Below are positions 1 to 13,000 of a stretch of 64,000 bases of DNA, piece after piece. Both the position numbers and the translations under genes were made by a program. Location of the stretch: positions 868,001-932,000 of the forward strand of contig OY253678.1 of assembly GCA_958009085.1 (NCBI GenBank). The letters are read 5' to 3'. The notes beneath the pieces were generated by a model. It was not told where the DNA came from and did no database searches. It was given only the letters and a program-made list of their open reading frames with translations. The stretch is from Protoeuglena noctilucae (Eukaryota). Each line of letters begins with the position of its first letter. The first letter of the stretch is position 1.

Positions 1-3000
1 CCAGTGCCGTCCACCTTGGCCATCGCCGTCACTTCGCCCCCTCCCTCCCCATCAGCCGTCACCACGCCTGATGGGTCGCCCTGTGCCCTCTCCCCCGCAG
101 CCCTGCTTGTCGACGCGTCGTGCAGGAGAGGACCGACGACTGCATCCCTGGCCTCTCCAGCATCCGCCCCTGCCTGAGACCGAGACTGAGCCTGTTAGGC
201 CCATCGCTCCAATGCGCCTCGCACCCGAGGCTCCCTTGCGAAGGGCGACGCGCTGGGCGTGCCGTCGACGCATGACGGTGCGGCGATCGCGCTTGTCGAA
301 GGGCCTGGAGCAACCAGGGATGTCGCGGTGGCTTGGGGCCCCAGGACAGGACCGTCGATACGTGGGAGGGCGATTGGCAGGAGCGATGCAGGGGTGTGGA
401 GGAGCGCGGGGAGAGGGGAGGAGGCCGGCGGGGTGCGGTGGGGAGGGCGGGCGTCCGGGGCGGGGGAGGTGCTGAGGCGGTGGCTCGGGGTCGTGGGAGG
501 GAGGGGTGGCAGCGCGGCGACGGGGCCGGGGGTGGTGGCGGGGGTGAATAGCAGCGCGACATGCGCGGTTGGGGCTGAGGCAGGGCCCATGGGGGTCGGG
601 GTGGAGGCGTCGTACGCAGCTGGCGATGCGGACGATGTCACGACTGCTCCTGGGGTTTGACTGGCGGCGCTGTCGGAGGGCGTGGTGGCGGACGGCGTAA
701 AGGACGGGGAAGGCGCGGCACTCCTGGCTGCAACGACGTCCTTGGATGCTGCGGGGGCCAAGTGGGCTGTGAAACAGCACGAGGCAGGGGAGGCAAGCCA
801 TGGCGTCCCTAAAATCACCGCATTGCAAATGAGTGTATCTTTTTCCCACGTCCCTCACCTCGGGAAGAGGCGTGCGACGTCTTGGTGGGTGCGGAGCGGC
901 TCGCCCGCCACGCCCGGCAGCTGCTCCGGCGCACGGCCGTCGCAAACCGGCTGGCCGAGGTGGCCAGCAAATCTGAGTGGCGGAACACGGTCCCCAAAGC
1001 ATTCGGCTCGTCGTCTGGCAAGAATGCGTCTGCGGCAACCGCAGCTGCCGGACGCCCGAGGCCGGGCGGGGCCACCTGCGGGTGTCCAGACAAGCAGCAG
1101 AGCGTGTCAGAGGTGGCGCTGTTGCATGAGCCGATCTATGCAGCCATCGTTTGGCCAACCCCGCCTTCCCAGCCACCGCCACACCGCCCCGGGCGACAGC
1201 GCGACCCTGCCGTTCGCCTCGCCTGATGCAAGCTGCGTCGGCCTGGGATGCGCGCCTCGGTCGCCGTCTTGCTGAAGCTCCTGCTCACATGGCTGCGGTC
1301 GTGGCTGCTTCGAGGGGCTTTGGACCCCGTCTCTGAGGGGCCGTCGTGGGTACCGTCGTTGTCCATCAGCTGCAGCATCGGCGACATGGTCACTGCGTGG
1401 TGGCGCAAGGGGGACGGAGGGGTTGGTAAGAAATGCACGGACGGGCGACGTTGAGCTGCAACGGAACGTTACCATCAAAGTCACACCCAGTAACACCCTT
1501 AGGATGCTGGGATGCTGGCCCAGGGCAAGGCACGAAGCGTGTCTGCTCGCGCGCCACCGCCACTCACGCAGGCCGCTCATGTACTTGGTCGGGCGGATGC
1601 TCTGCTGCGTGAAGAGCACCATCAGCGGCCTGCGCGACGGCTCTGACGACAACGTGCCCCCGGACACCGCATCTGACCCGGGCAGGGAGTCGTGCAGGGC
1701 TCCCCTGGTACCTGTCGCAGGCCTGCTGGACCCACCAGACCCACTGCCGTGCTCTCCGCTGCCTCGTTCTACGCTATCCGAGCCACTTGCGGCCTGTCCC
1801 TCCGCGCAAGTCACTGCGCTGTTGGTGCTGCTCGGAGAGGTCCCACTCGCGCCCCCACGGCCCTCGTCATCACCGCCTTCGAGCACAGCCACTGGGCTCC
1901 CCCTGCCGCTTCCCTCGTGCCTGTCGCACCCCATGTCCAGCTGCCGCGCTACGTGGCACTCGTGGTCCCCCTCAGCAGCTCCCAAACCACCCCGATGCCC
2001 TCCTTGCGCCCCTGCGTCTTCTGCCACCCGCCTGACCCCAGTGTGCACCTGGGGAGTCCCATCCAGAGCAAGCACGTCATCCCCCTCCACCAATACGATC
2101 CTCTCTCCAGTGCCCGGCACCCACGCCGGCCCCTCCTCCCCCGTCGCCTGCCTGACGCCCACCACAGCCGGCGGTGAGCCCACCTGTCCTGAGGCCGATA
2201 CCAGCGCCGCGTCACCGCGAAGCGGCCCTGGCCCAGCTTCCGGGGTCCTGGGGCCTCCCGTCGCTGCGCTGGTGCCCGGCGTGAGCCCCAGCGTGGCTCC
2301 AAGTGTCACCCCGTTACCCCCCGGGCTATGCCCTGACCCGTACCCAGCCCCGCCCCCCCCATTCTCGGACCCGCTGGCCCTCGCCGTCGACGCGCCGGAG
2401 CTCCCCACCAGCTTGAGGATCTCCACCGTGCCTGACGCAATGTACGCGACCCACGTACCCTCGGTACCCTCCTTCTGCGGGTGCAAGGCGACAGCGCCAC
2501 GTTGGTCTGAGCACCTCAAGACAATCGTGGGGTCTAGCAACGACCACCCATATCACGCCATGCACATCTCCACTCGTTGCTGAGTCAGCGCCACGGTGAG
2601 CCACTCACCATGAGAAATTGGCCGTCCTCGAACTCCTTCATCACGGCCCTCCCGACCTCGACCTCCTCCATGATCCGACGCTGCACGTCCAGGCTAAGAG
2701 TGAGCCCCGCCGCACCGATCGACTGCCGCAGTGCTGACACAGCGCCGTCCATCGGGAGCTCCACGGGGATGCTGCGGGACGTGAGATAGAGCGACTTTTA
2801 TTGGCGTCCGATATTGCACTGCACTGGCAGGCATCACCACCACAGCGCTCCGTGACTTGTGTAAACACGCGACGGAAAGCCTGCACCAGACTCACGTGGC
2901 CGCCTGGGAGGATCGTTCGGGAGCAGACGACAGCCATGGGTGCTCAGCCACCATCTCCTGCGCCAAAGGAAGGCGTTTCACACGTTGTTGGCAACCCTCA

Positions 3001-5663
3001 AAGATACCTCGCTTTCGCACCATGCATGCCGCAGACCATGCGCTTGTCCCCTTCCCACCCCTTACCAGCGTATATCGCTTGGCCGGGTCCCGCTCCAGCA
3101 TGTTTGCCAGCAGGTCTCGGCACTCGGGCGACGTGGGCGGGTCGTCTGGGATTACCAATGGGTCGTCGAGGATGGCGTCGTAGAGCGCAACGGGTGACAT
3201 GTCTTGTGAGCCGAAGGGTGGCCTCCCGAACAGGAAGTGGAACAGCGTGGCCCCCAGCGCCCAGATGTCTGCCGCGCGGCCGCTGCAGTGCTCCCCCAGG
3301 ATCAGCTCAGGTGCCAGGAAGGCCGGGGTGCCCTGCGTGACGAAAGCAGAAGAGCCAGATGAAACACAACAAGATCTCCTCTTGATTGCTTAACACCAGC
3401 AAGGTGTTAGTAAAAGAGCTCGTTGAGACAGCAAGGCAAGCCCCTGTCGCTTGCTTGGCAGCGCCCTTGCCCTCTAGCGCAGCCTGCGCAGTGTGCCTCC
3501 CTTAGCAACCACCCCCGCCGCACTCACCCTGGGCTTGGTGACGGTGTCGTTTTCCGGCGGGTGGCACACGGTGGCGCTCCCGAAGTCGGACAGCTTGACC
3601 TCTCCGTCGCCCGACAGGAGGATGTTGTCGGGTTTGATGTCCCCATGGACCACGCCCTTGTCGTGAAGGTACGACAGGCCCTCCACCAGGGCTGCCATGT
3701 ACTGCCGGCACGTCATCTCGGTCAGCGGCTCGCTGCCCTCGCGTGTGCGCTCCTGGACTGGCCCGCCCTCCACGAACTCCATCACCTGCATTGGAGCAAC
3801 ACCGGGCATTTTTGCAAGCATCGCTACTACGGACCGGAGACCCACCCACCCAGGCCAACCCGGGCATGACAAGACCGTGAGCCCAACAACCACCGCTCGG
3901 CAGCACTCACAACGAGGACGAAGGGCGAGCTTGCGTCATCGATGATTTCGTACACAGATACGATATTCGAATGGTCCAAATCCTTGATCAAGTGTGCCTC
4001 TCTGGGGAGCGTCTCGGCCCTGGGTGCACAGCGAGGTCTCGTGGTTGGTCAGGCCACGCACGCTGAGGGCGGGCAGGGTGCATGGCAAGGGTCCAGAGCA
4101 GGGGCCACAGCACCAGTATGGTGAGAAGCGAGAGCCTTATGCCTATTTCCTCGGCACTGTCGCCCACCATCGCATGCCCCGCACCTGTCCACAGTGGTTC
4201 CAAATGCGCGGTGCCGCCCCTGCGTCTCCTTAGCCACCACCTTCATTGCCACCAGCTCGCCAGAAAAGAGGTTCAAGCACAGGTGCACGCCCCCCGTGGC
4301 CCCTGCTCCCAGCAACTTGAGCAGGGCTGCGGACATCGGGAGCGATGATACGATGTGATATGTGCCACACTCTGACTAGCGACTGGCAAGTGCATTGGAA
4401 GTGCTGCAGTCCTCGCCCCCATTCCCATCGCGAGTACCCAGCCACACTCACCGTAGTTGTTGAAGAACATCGGCCCGCTCTCCTTGCCAGGCACGCCGCC
4501 CTTGTGCAGGATGGTGGTGTTCTTGAGCTGCCGGCGAAAGTCCACTGGCTCATCTGAGCTCTCGTCGTGTGACACGGTGGATGCGCCCAAGAGACTCTGC
4601 GTGGTTACAACAAAAGCAACTCGCTTTGATTGGAGTCGCCACCGCATGGCCAGTAAGTGGGGCAAGCGACCCCACCGCCTCAATGTGTCACGTGAGAGCC
4701 GCACTCGCCACGCACCACTCCAGAGCTCTTCTGCCTGACTTGGGCCGGTCCAGCGCACGTGAGGATGTCCTCGAAAGACATGTTCGCCTGTGCACCGCCC
4801 GGGAGTGGGGACCCGGCAGATGGAGTGGCAGACAGGCGCAAGTCCCGGGGGCTGTCATGCCACGCAGGGCTCGACGGGCTTGCTAGGGTCTCCGTCACCC
4901 AGCGGCCCCTGGGGAGCGCCAGCCACCGCCCGGAGCCGCCCTCGGTCACGTGCTGGTCGGACGGCCGGCAGGACGGGGACTGCCGCGGACTGCCGCGGAC
5001 TCGCGGGGCTCGGTGCCTGCGGCCGGGGTGACGTGGATGCGGTCGCCGAGTCGCCGGCGGCAGAGAGCAGAAGCCTGGGTCGAAGCATTCGTCACCTGGG
5101 GATGGCTGGATCCCGCTGCACGATCCTCCGACCTGCTTGGCGGGGATCCCTGCGCATCCAGAGGGCTTCCCAAGCGAAGATGCCCCGCGCCGGCATCTCG
5201 GTGATCGACTCGACTCGCCGGGGCCCGGTCGCCATCTGTATTCGCGGCAAGGAGGGTGCTTGCTGCGACTGTGCGATAACAAATGAATCCCCGCCGATCA
5301 TGACATCCTGGGCCCGGAGTCACCCGCGGGGTTGCCCTGAACGATCGCAGCGTGCGAGTTACGCGGCGGACCGTGGAATATAGCGCACTCGGTCGAAGTG
5401 TTGTCGCGACGACGAGCCTGCGCGGGTACGAGCCAGGGGCGCGCTCGAGAGATTGGGGCTGGGTCCCAGGCACCAGAGACTCAAGTGCTCGAACCAGTGC
5501 GACGATGGGTAGCGAAAACGCGCGCCCAACTGCGCCACCCGCGCAACAAAGTTCAAACTCTCGCACGCACCTGTCCGTCTGCCGGCGCGCCTGCTCCGGG
5601 CACTGTGGCCGCCGAGATCTCAGCCCCCGACTGTGCCGCGACTTTCGAAGCACGCACCCCCAT
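1..5663 (-). CDS. Multi-exon Ser/Thr protein kinase, CAMKK/GRIK-like, followed by a cNMP-binding-like segment and a long low-complexity tail (3' end uncertain, may run off the window)
   Basis: Spliced exons give LLGAGATGGVHLCLNLFSGELVAMKV (4230-4335), VMEFVEGG...HGDIKPDNILLSGDGEVKLSDFGSA (3530-3787) and GTPAFLAPE...ADIWALGATLFHFLFGRPPF...LERDPAKRYTL (3066-3333). The likely first exon is MGVRASKVAAQ...DGQ|GT from the ATG at 5663. Confidence 0.85.
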
Positions 5664-6056
5664 GGCGGCACCGGCCGAGAGCGAGGGAGGCGCCTAACAC
5701 CCGTCCTTAGGCCCCCATGGTCCTGTGCCGGGCCTCGAGCCACAAAGCCAAGCCGGGGTAAGGGCACGTCGCCTGTTCTCCCGCGTAATTCGACCCGAGT
5801 AACGGCGTTCCGCTGAAAAAGACGAAGCGCCAACTCGTGTCAGAGAAAGAGTTTCACGCAGAGAGCGGAGATCATCTCCATGATGGAGATTGGGACGCTT
5901 CCTTTGCTGCCTGCGAGCATCTCCCACGCGCACGCTAGCCCGACACTCCTGCTTTTCAGCGCGGCAGCTCTTCTTTCAGGGCTACTTCGCCGGTCCCTGC
6001 CGGGGCTCCGCATTTCTGTAGCTCCTGCGAGCAAGGGTTTCTTTGGTTTCGTCAGC

Positions 6057-7751
6057 ATGGCGGCCGCGGACGTGGCGATGAAGCCGGTGGAGGAGGCGGG
6101 ACCTCCTGGGGCCAGCGACACGTCCGTGCGGGACTTGTACAACAGGTGGGCTCCGCCTGCGTCGCGGACCGGTCGCCGGCGCTGCTGGGCAGAGGATGCG
6201 CGGCTCCGGGGGTCCGTCGGCGACGAGCCCCGCCAGCACCCCAGCTGTGACACGTCGCGCCCTCCCTCCGCGCGCAGGCTCAAGGCGTTGGAGCAGGAGC
6301 TGCAGTTTATCGAGATCCAAGAGGAGTATGTCAAGGAGGAGCAGAAGGCGCTCCAGCGGGAGCTGCTCCACGCGCAGGAGGAGGTGAAACGCATCCAGGT
6401 GCGTGGCGCTGGCCCGTCCGCGGCGCTCGCTTGTGCCTCGCGCGGTCGCGCGGACGAGCTAGTGTTTGTTGAGACAGTCTGGCTCCGGACACACCGCCGT
6501 CCGGCTTTTGCCGCCCGCAGTCGGTGCCCCTCGTCATTGGGCAGTTCCTCGAGATGATTGAGGAGAACACGGCGATTGTGGGGTCCACGACGGGGTCCAA
6601 CTACTACGTTCGGATCCTGTCCACGCTGGATCGCGAGCAACTCAAGCCCTCGGCGTCCATGGCGCTGCACCGGTGCGCTCGTTGCTCCCGACCCCCGTCG
6701 CCGCCCGCGGTCCTGCGTGCCCAGACGACGCCCGTCCCTGCCTCCCTCGCTCGCAGACATTCCAACGCGCTCGTGGGCTTGCTCCCGCCCGAGGCCGACT
6801 CGTCGATTTCGCTGATGAGCGACTCGGAGCGTCCCACCGTCACGTACAACGACATTGGCGGCTACGACATCCAGAAGCAGGAGATTCGGGAGGCGGTGGA
6901 GCTGCCCCTGACGCACTTCGACCTGTACCGGCAGATCGGCATCGACCCGCCCCGCGGCGTGCTCCTCTACGGTCCCCCCGGCACGGGCAAGACGATGATG
7001 GCCAAGGCAGTGGCGAACCACACCAAGGCCGCGTTCATCCACGTCGTCGGGTCCGAGTTCGTGCAAAAATACCTCGGCGAGGGCCCCCGCATGGTCCGCG
7101 ACGTTTTCCGCATGGCACGCGAGAACGCCCCTGCCATCATCTTCATTGACGAGGTGGACGCCATCGCCACGGCGCGATTCGACGCGCAGACGGGCGCCGA
7201 TCGTGAGGTCCAGCGCATCCTCATGGAGCTCCTCAACCAAGTGAGAAGCTCTGAGAGGCTCTGTTGTGTGTGACTGTCCCTGCCATCCATACCCAGGCGC
7301 AGGCGTCCTTGCAGCTCCCCAGCCACGAAGCCCGTGGCACCGCGCACCCTGAGCCCCGCCCGCGCTTGATCGACCGCAGATGGATGGCTTCGACCAGTCC
7401 GTCAACGTCAAGGTCATCATGGCCACCAACCGCGCCGACACTCTCGACCCCGCCCTGCTCCGGCCCGGCCGCCTCGACCGCAAGATCGAGTTCCCGAACC
7501 CCGACCGCCGCCAGAAGCGCCTCATCTTCCAGGTCTGCACCAACAAGATGAACCTGGCCCCCGACGTGGACCTGGAGGCCCTTGTGTCGAGGCCCGACAA
7601 GATCTCCGCCGCTGACATCGCGGCTATCTGCCAGGAGGCCGGGATGCAGGCCGTCCGGGCCAACCGCTACGTCGTCACGATGAAGGACTTTGAGGAGGGG
7701 TACAAGGCCAACGTCAAGCGGACCGAGGGGGAGTTTGAGTTCTACCGATAG
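6057..7751 (+). CDS. RPT3: 26S proteasome AAA-ATPase regulatory subunit RPT3 (6B), 5 exons
   Basis: Contains [34 protein letters not shown], Walker A GPPGTGKT, Walker [37 protein letters not shown] and a C-terminus ...FEFYR*. All four introns are GT-AG. Confidence 0.97.
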
Positions 7752-7956
7752 CGGAGCTGGGGTGCTTACACGCACGCGGGGCGCCAGCGCTGCCCAGTGC
7801 CTTGCCGCGAGCCACGCTGTTCCGCTGGAGTTGCACGAAGTGCGTTTCAATGCCACTACCATGGACTACCACACTACTTGCGTGGCCCCTCTACACCACT
7901 GCGCCCGTCGCCGCCACTGGGCTGCCCGCCACGCCTGCCGCCGGTCCCGAAGGTCC

Positions 7957-9667
7957 CTAGTACCGACGGTCGCCGTACCCCCCGCCGTAGCCGCGGTCTG
8001 CGGCGCGCAACGAACCACACCTGTCAGTGCATCCCTCAGCAAAGCACGCCATCTGCACACCGTGGAGGCGACAAAGCCTGAGCAGCATGAAGCGCGGCCC
8101 TCACCGTAACCGCCGCCGCCGCCGCCACCAGCGGGGTATCCGCCACCACCGTACCCGCCCCCGTAGTAGGTGCCGTAGCCGCCGGGGGGCCCACCGGCCG
8201 GGGCGCCGGGCACGCCGCCCTCCTTCTTGGGCTCGCGGCACTGGTAGCACTCGTAGCGATTGGCGAAGTTATGGCAGCCGCACTTGTCGCAGTACCAGTC
8301 GCCGGGCTTGAAGTTGCGCGGGGGTTGGCGCCCGTCCGGGGCACGCATGACCTCGTTGTCCGCGCCGTCCTTGCCCTTGCCGCAGCCGTAGCACCGGGAA
8401 CGGGAGGCGAAGTTGTGCGCGCGGCACGAGCTGCACTCCCAGTCGCCGGGCTTCCAGCTCTGAGGCTGGGGGCCGCCCCCGCCGCCGCCGCCGTAGCCGC
8501 CACCGCCGTAGCCACCACCCCCGTAACCGCCACCGCCGTAGCCACCGCCGCCGAAGCCGCCGCCGCCGTAGCCACCGCCGCCGTAGCCACCGCCGTAGCC
8601 GCCACCGCCACCGCCTCCGTACCCGCCGCCGTTGCCGCCGTGCCCGCCATGCCCGCCGCCGTTGTAGGCACCACCGCGATCGCGGGGGCGCTCCTGCGGC
8701 CGCTCGATCGGACGGTCAAACGACCGCGACCGAGGCCTGCGCGCATCGGGCCAGATGGGGGTTGGAATCCACAGCTCAGCTACGTGCCCTGCGCTACGCC
8801 CCCGCCTCTCTTAGAAGTCACGCCAAGCGCGCTCCTCGCACCTGCGGCCGGGACTGTCGCGCCGTTCTTGCGAGCGGGAGCGCGGCGGAGAGTTGTTGCG
8901 CCTGTCCCGGGGAGAGCGGCTGCCCCTGAAGGTGGCAAGCGCGGACGAGATCAGCTCGCAGCGCAGCGAGGGGCGGAGCTGGACCGCACCCCGCATTCCC
9001 ACAAAGATACTGCGTCCGCGGCACCGCTCCCAGGGAGGAGCGGGCGCGCGGGAAACGGGACACGAGAGGGCGGGCAGCAGCGTTACCTGGGTCACCACCA
9101 AGGCGGCCCAAGCACAGCCCCCCCGTTGCCAGCCAAGACGCCAGCCTATCCAAGAGCAGCCACACGTCGCCGGAAGCCAGCCAGCCAGCCAAAACCGAAG
9201 CGGGGATGCCGAAGCCAGTCCGGGCGGGGAGCCAAGAGCCCGGGACGCCGTCCTGCCCCGCGCCGGAGCCAGCCCACCACAAATTCAGCTTCCTTTACGC
9301 CCATGCCCACGGGACGCCCACAGCGCCGGTCCCCGGCGCTCCCGCCGCAGCCCTGGAAGCCGTTGCGCGCCCGGAGCGCAGGGCGGGGGCCGGGGAGCTC
9401 CGCTGGGTACCTCACGCGTCACGTAGGGCCCAGAGCCAACATCAGCAGCCATCCACACACGCAGGAGCCCCGTGGGAGCAGCGCAAAAGGCGCTTCCCGC
9501 CCGCTGTCACCCCAGCGTCTGTCCGCCCACCCCAGCCCCCCAGCGGCATCGCGTCTTCACCTAGACTTGGACCGCGAGCGAGATCGCGAGCCCCCCCTGC
9601 GCGGGGAGTTCCGGGGCGAGCCGCCCGGCGAGCGGGACCGGCCCGCAGGCTCTGGTGAGGCCGGCAT
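7957..9667 (-). CDS. RS/Gly-Tyr-rich RNA-binding protein with two RanBP2-type zinc fingers
   Basis: Zinc fingers WKPGDWECSSCRAHNFASRSRCYGC and FKPGDWYCDKCGCHNFANRYECYQC. N-terminal RS-rich exons (MPASPEPAGRSRSP...RSRSRSKSR), GGYGG repeats and a last exon DRGYGGGYGDRRY*. Confidence 0.85.
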
Positions 9668-10063
9668 GGTTTCCCGTCGTACCGCGAGCCAGATCCGACG
9701 AGATGGAGCGCGCGGGGCGCCCGGGGAGCACATTACCCAGCGAAACGCTCAGTCTGGCATCGAAAACCCGCCCGATGCAGCCTCCACAAGCGTGCCCGAC
9801 GTCCGTTCAAGGCATCTTTAGCTCTCGTGCCGCTCCCATCTCTGGATGTGGGCCCCCGCTCGCGTGGTAACTCGTTTGACCTGTCCCGCTCGGTTAGCGC
9901 TTGAGCCCGCATCACTTTGCTGTTGTGAAGAGGTCGAGCGTGCGCATGGGCGGGTGGTCGCGCGCAGCGCGAGCGTAGCTTGTGAGGGCTGGACCCTGAG
10001 CGGATGCCCTGGCGTGGGCAGGGAGTGCCGGGCGGGCTGCCTGCGCGTGGTTGGGCAGAGGCC

Positions 10064-13000
10064 ATGTCTCGGCCTCGTGAGGTGACTCGCAGGCGTGCCT
10101 GTCGAACTGGAGCGCCACCTGTCATCCTTGCGCGCGACGCGTGGAGGTTCCCACTTATCTCGCGCGACTTCCGCGGGGATGCCTCGCCCCGCGATCGCTG
10201 CGATCGCGGAGGCACCTGTTCGCGCGCCTGGCACCCCTTGCGACGCGGCCCCCTGTGCGGGAGGGTCACAGCATCGTCGCCCCGCCGAGGGTCGACAGCC
10301 TAGCCCCCGCAGCGCAAGCGGGACTTCACGGCGGACCTGGCCGCTGCGCTTCGACCAAACGCGGCCGTAAATGTCCTCCAGGAAGCCAAGTGAGCCTCGC
10401 CCGGATCCCTGCTGGTATATCTCGGCCTTGCAAATCGGGCCCCGTCCTATGCACACCTCCCCGCGCGCTTGCCTCCGTAGGGCGTCTCTGCGGGAGCCGA
10501 GCCGACCCTTCACGCCGGCCGACACCGGGCGACGTCTCTTCGTGCAGCAGGAGTACAGCGATCGCCCGCAGTCGTCGTACGGCGTCAACAACCGCGCGCT
10601 GTTCGGCCCCGACCCCACCTCAGACGCCCTTGCGTCCCGTTTCGAGTCCCTCGCGTCCGTCACCCCCGCCGATGCGCTGCTGCTGTCCGCGCGGGTGCCC
10701 TCCCGGGGCCTCGACATGACGGGCTCAGATCCAGTGGGGGCGTCGCTCGCCAGGGGCCAAACGCCCTCGTCCCCCGCCAGCAGCCGCGGCCTCCCACCAC
10801 GCCCGCGCTCGTCCCTCCGCGGCGAGCTCACCTCCCAGGGCGGTGAGGGGCGGCTGCTGCGCTGACGTGCATAGTCTACCGCCCCTGCCCATAGCAGCCA
10901 CCCCACCCTAAGTCACCCTCCTCGGCCATCTCGCAGGTCTGTCCGGCCGGCTCGACCCCTCCGTGTCTCTGCGGGCGCCCAGTCCGTCGGGTGCCATGGG
11001 CGCGGTGTCATCAGGGGCGACTGCCCCGCTGTCGGCCAGAGGCCGTGCTGAGTCTGCGAGGGCTGGGTCCTGGGGCCAGGCGCAGGACCTGGCGCACGAG
11101 GAGCAGTACGTCGTCCCGGGCAGAGACCGAGAGCGGCCGCGCACGGGTGAGTCTGCCGCGCTCAGCCCTGCTGAGAAGCACGCAATGCGCTGCGTTGTCT
11201 CGATGGTCTAACGGGGTGCCACTGAGAGCGGCACGGCCTGGGGCGATGGAAGGTTGCAATCCGCTGCCGCAGGGTCCCGCGGGAGCCTGGGACACCGGCT
11301 GAGTGCGACGCTGGCTGTGGCAGAGGATGCGGAGGTGGTGACGGTGGACACGGACCCATGGGAGCCGGGCCTGGCGAGGCGCATGGAGGGCCTGGGGGTG
11401 ACGGCGTGGTCGGGGACGGTGCCGCGGGGCGCGGAGGACGAGGCGGGGGCGGCATGGGCCGAGGAGGTGGGGGGGCACTTGAGGGAGGTGCTGCGGGAGG
11501 TGCCAGCGGGGGCAGCGGGGGCGGAGGAGCTGGCAAAGACCATGGGAGCGCTGCGGGCGGTCGCGGCTTGCGTCGAGCGGGCGAGCCCTCTGCCCGAGTG
11601 GCCGCGGTGGCTCGCCCTGCCGTGCGCAGTTGTGGCCGCGCCGCCGGGCGCGGGGAGCGGCGAGGGCCGGGGCCCGGAGCCGGGGACGGTGGCGTGGGCG
11701 CTGGAGGAGGCGATGGTGTCGCTGACGGACCTGCGGCACCCGGGCGCGGTGGCGCGGGCGTGCGCGGTGCTGCTGCGGGTGTCGTCATCGCCAGAGCGGT
11801 GCCTGCAGGCGTGCCGGGTGCTGTTCCGGCTGTCCAAGGACGCCTCCGCGGACGCGCACTTCCGAGGGGAGGGTGCGCTCCCGCCTCTGCTGGGGCTGGT
11901 CGACGCGAGGGGTGCGGCGGTGGGGGGGCGCGGGCCGGACGCGGGGACGTGGGCCGAGGCGCTCATCTATGCGGTGGGGGCGCTGAAGAACGTTTCGCAG
12001 GACGTCGGGTGCCAGCGGGCGCTGCACGCCGCGGGGGCGCTGGGGGTGGCGGCGCGTGCTCTCGTGGTGGTCGGGGGGCGGGCGGGCGTGCGGGGGGGCG
12101 CCGAGGGCCCCGAGGGGCAGCGGGGAGCGCAGCTGGCGGTGCAGGCGAGGAAGTGCAAGTGAATGGGGTCTTTGTACTTTCTTGCACTTGTTCGTTGGAC
12201 CGCCAGGGGCTGCACAGCCCTTCTAGCTGACCCACACCATTCCCGGCCTTGCGTCACAGGTGGTGGGCATGCTGCGCAACTTGTCGGTGGTCGTTGCGCA
12301 CGCGAGGGACTTCGCGCGGTCGGGCGCGGTGGCGGGGCTGATGACGGCGCTGGAGAGCCTCCCGGGCCACCACGAGCTGGCGGCCAACGCGGCCCGCGTG
12401 CTCAGCAAGCTGTCGATGGTGGCGGCGTGCCAGGCGGAGCTCGCGGGGAGCGTGGCGTCGCTGGACCTGCTCTTATCGACCGCGGAGAGGTTCCGCGACG
12501 ACCGTTCCCTGGCCGTGCGCCTGGTCTTCGCGTTGGCAAATGTGACCACGACCAGCGACGCGGCGCGCGACGTGATGGCAGGGGTGCCGGGGGCGGCCGC
12601 GCGCGTCGCGGCGCTCGCGGGGCACTTCGCCGACGCGCAGGGCGGCGCGGAGGTGCTGCTGAGGCTCATGAGGTGGGGGCTGCATGTGGGGGCGTCAGGC
12701 AGGGGCTCGAGCAGACTCGCTTGTTCTGCATCCGCACCTTTGCATCAGTACCAGTAACCACCCCAGCGCTACCCTGCACTGCCCTATTCACATGTTGCCA
12801 GGTACATTGCGAACATGGCCATCCACCCCAGCGCAGCCCCGCTCACTTTCATGTACTCTCGCTTGCCATCCCAGGCTCATTGCGAATATGGCCATCCACC
12901 GTGATATGGGGCCTCAGCTGGCCGCGGACCCCACCGTGACCCGCGCCGTCGTCCACGTCCTGGCTGACAAGTCGCGCCCAGTCATCGACGAGCTATCCCT

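Noticed and set aside
5840..7663. 607-aa antisense ORF over RPT3, and similar long ORFs such as 8271-9821 and 34164-35777
   Set aside because: Shadow ORFs expected from very high GC and codon bias, with no recognisable motifs.
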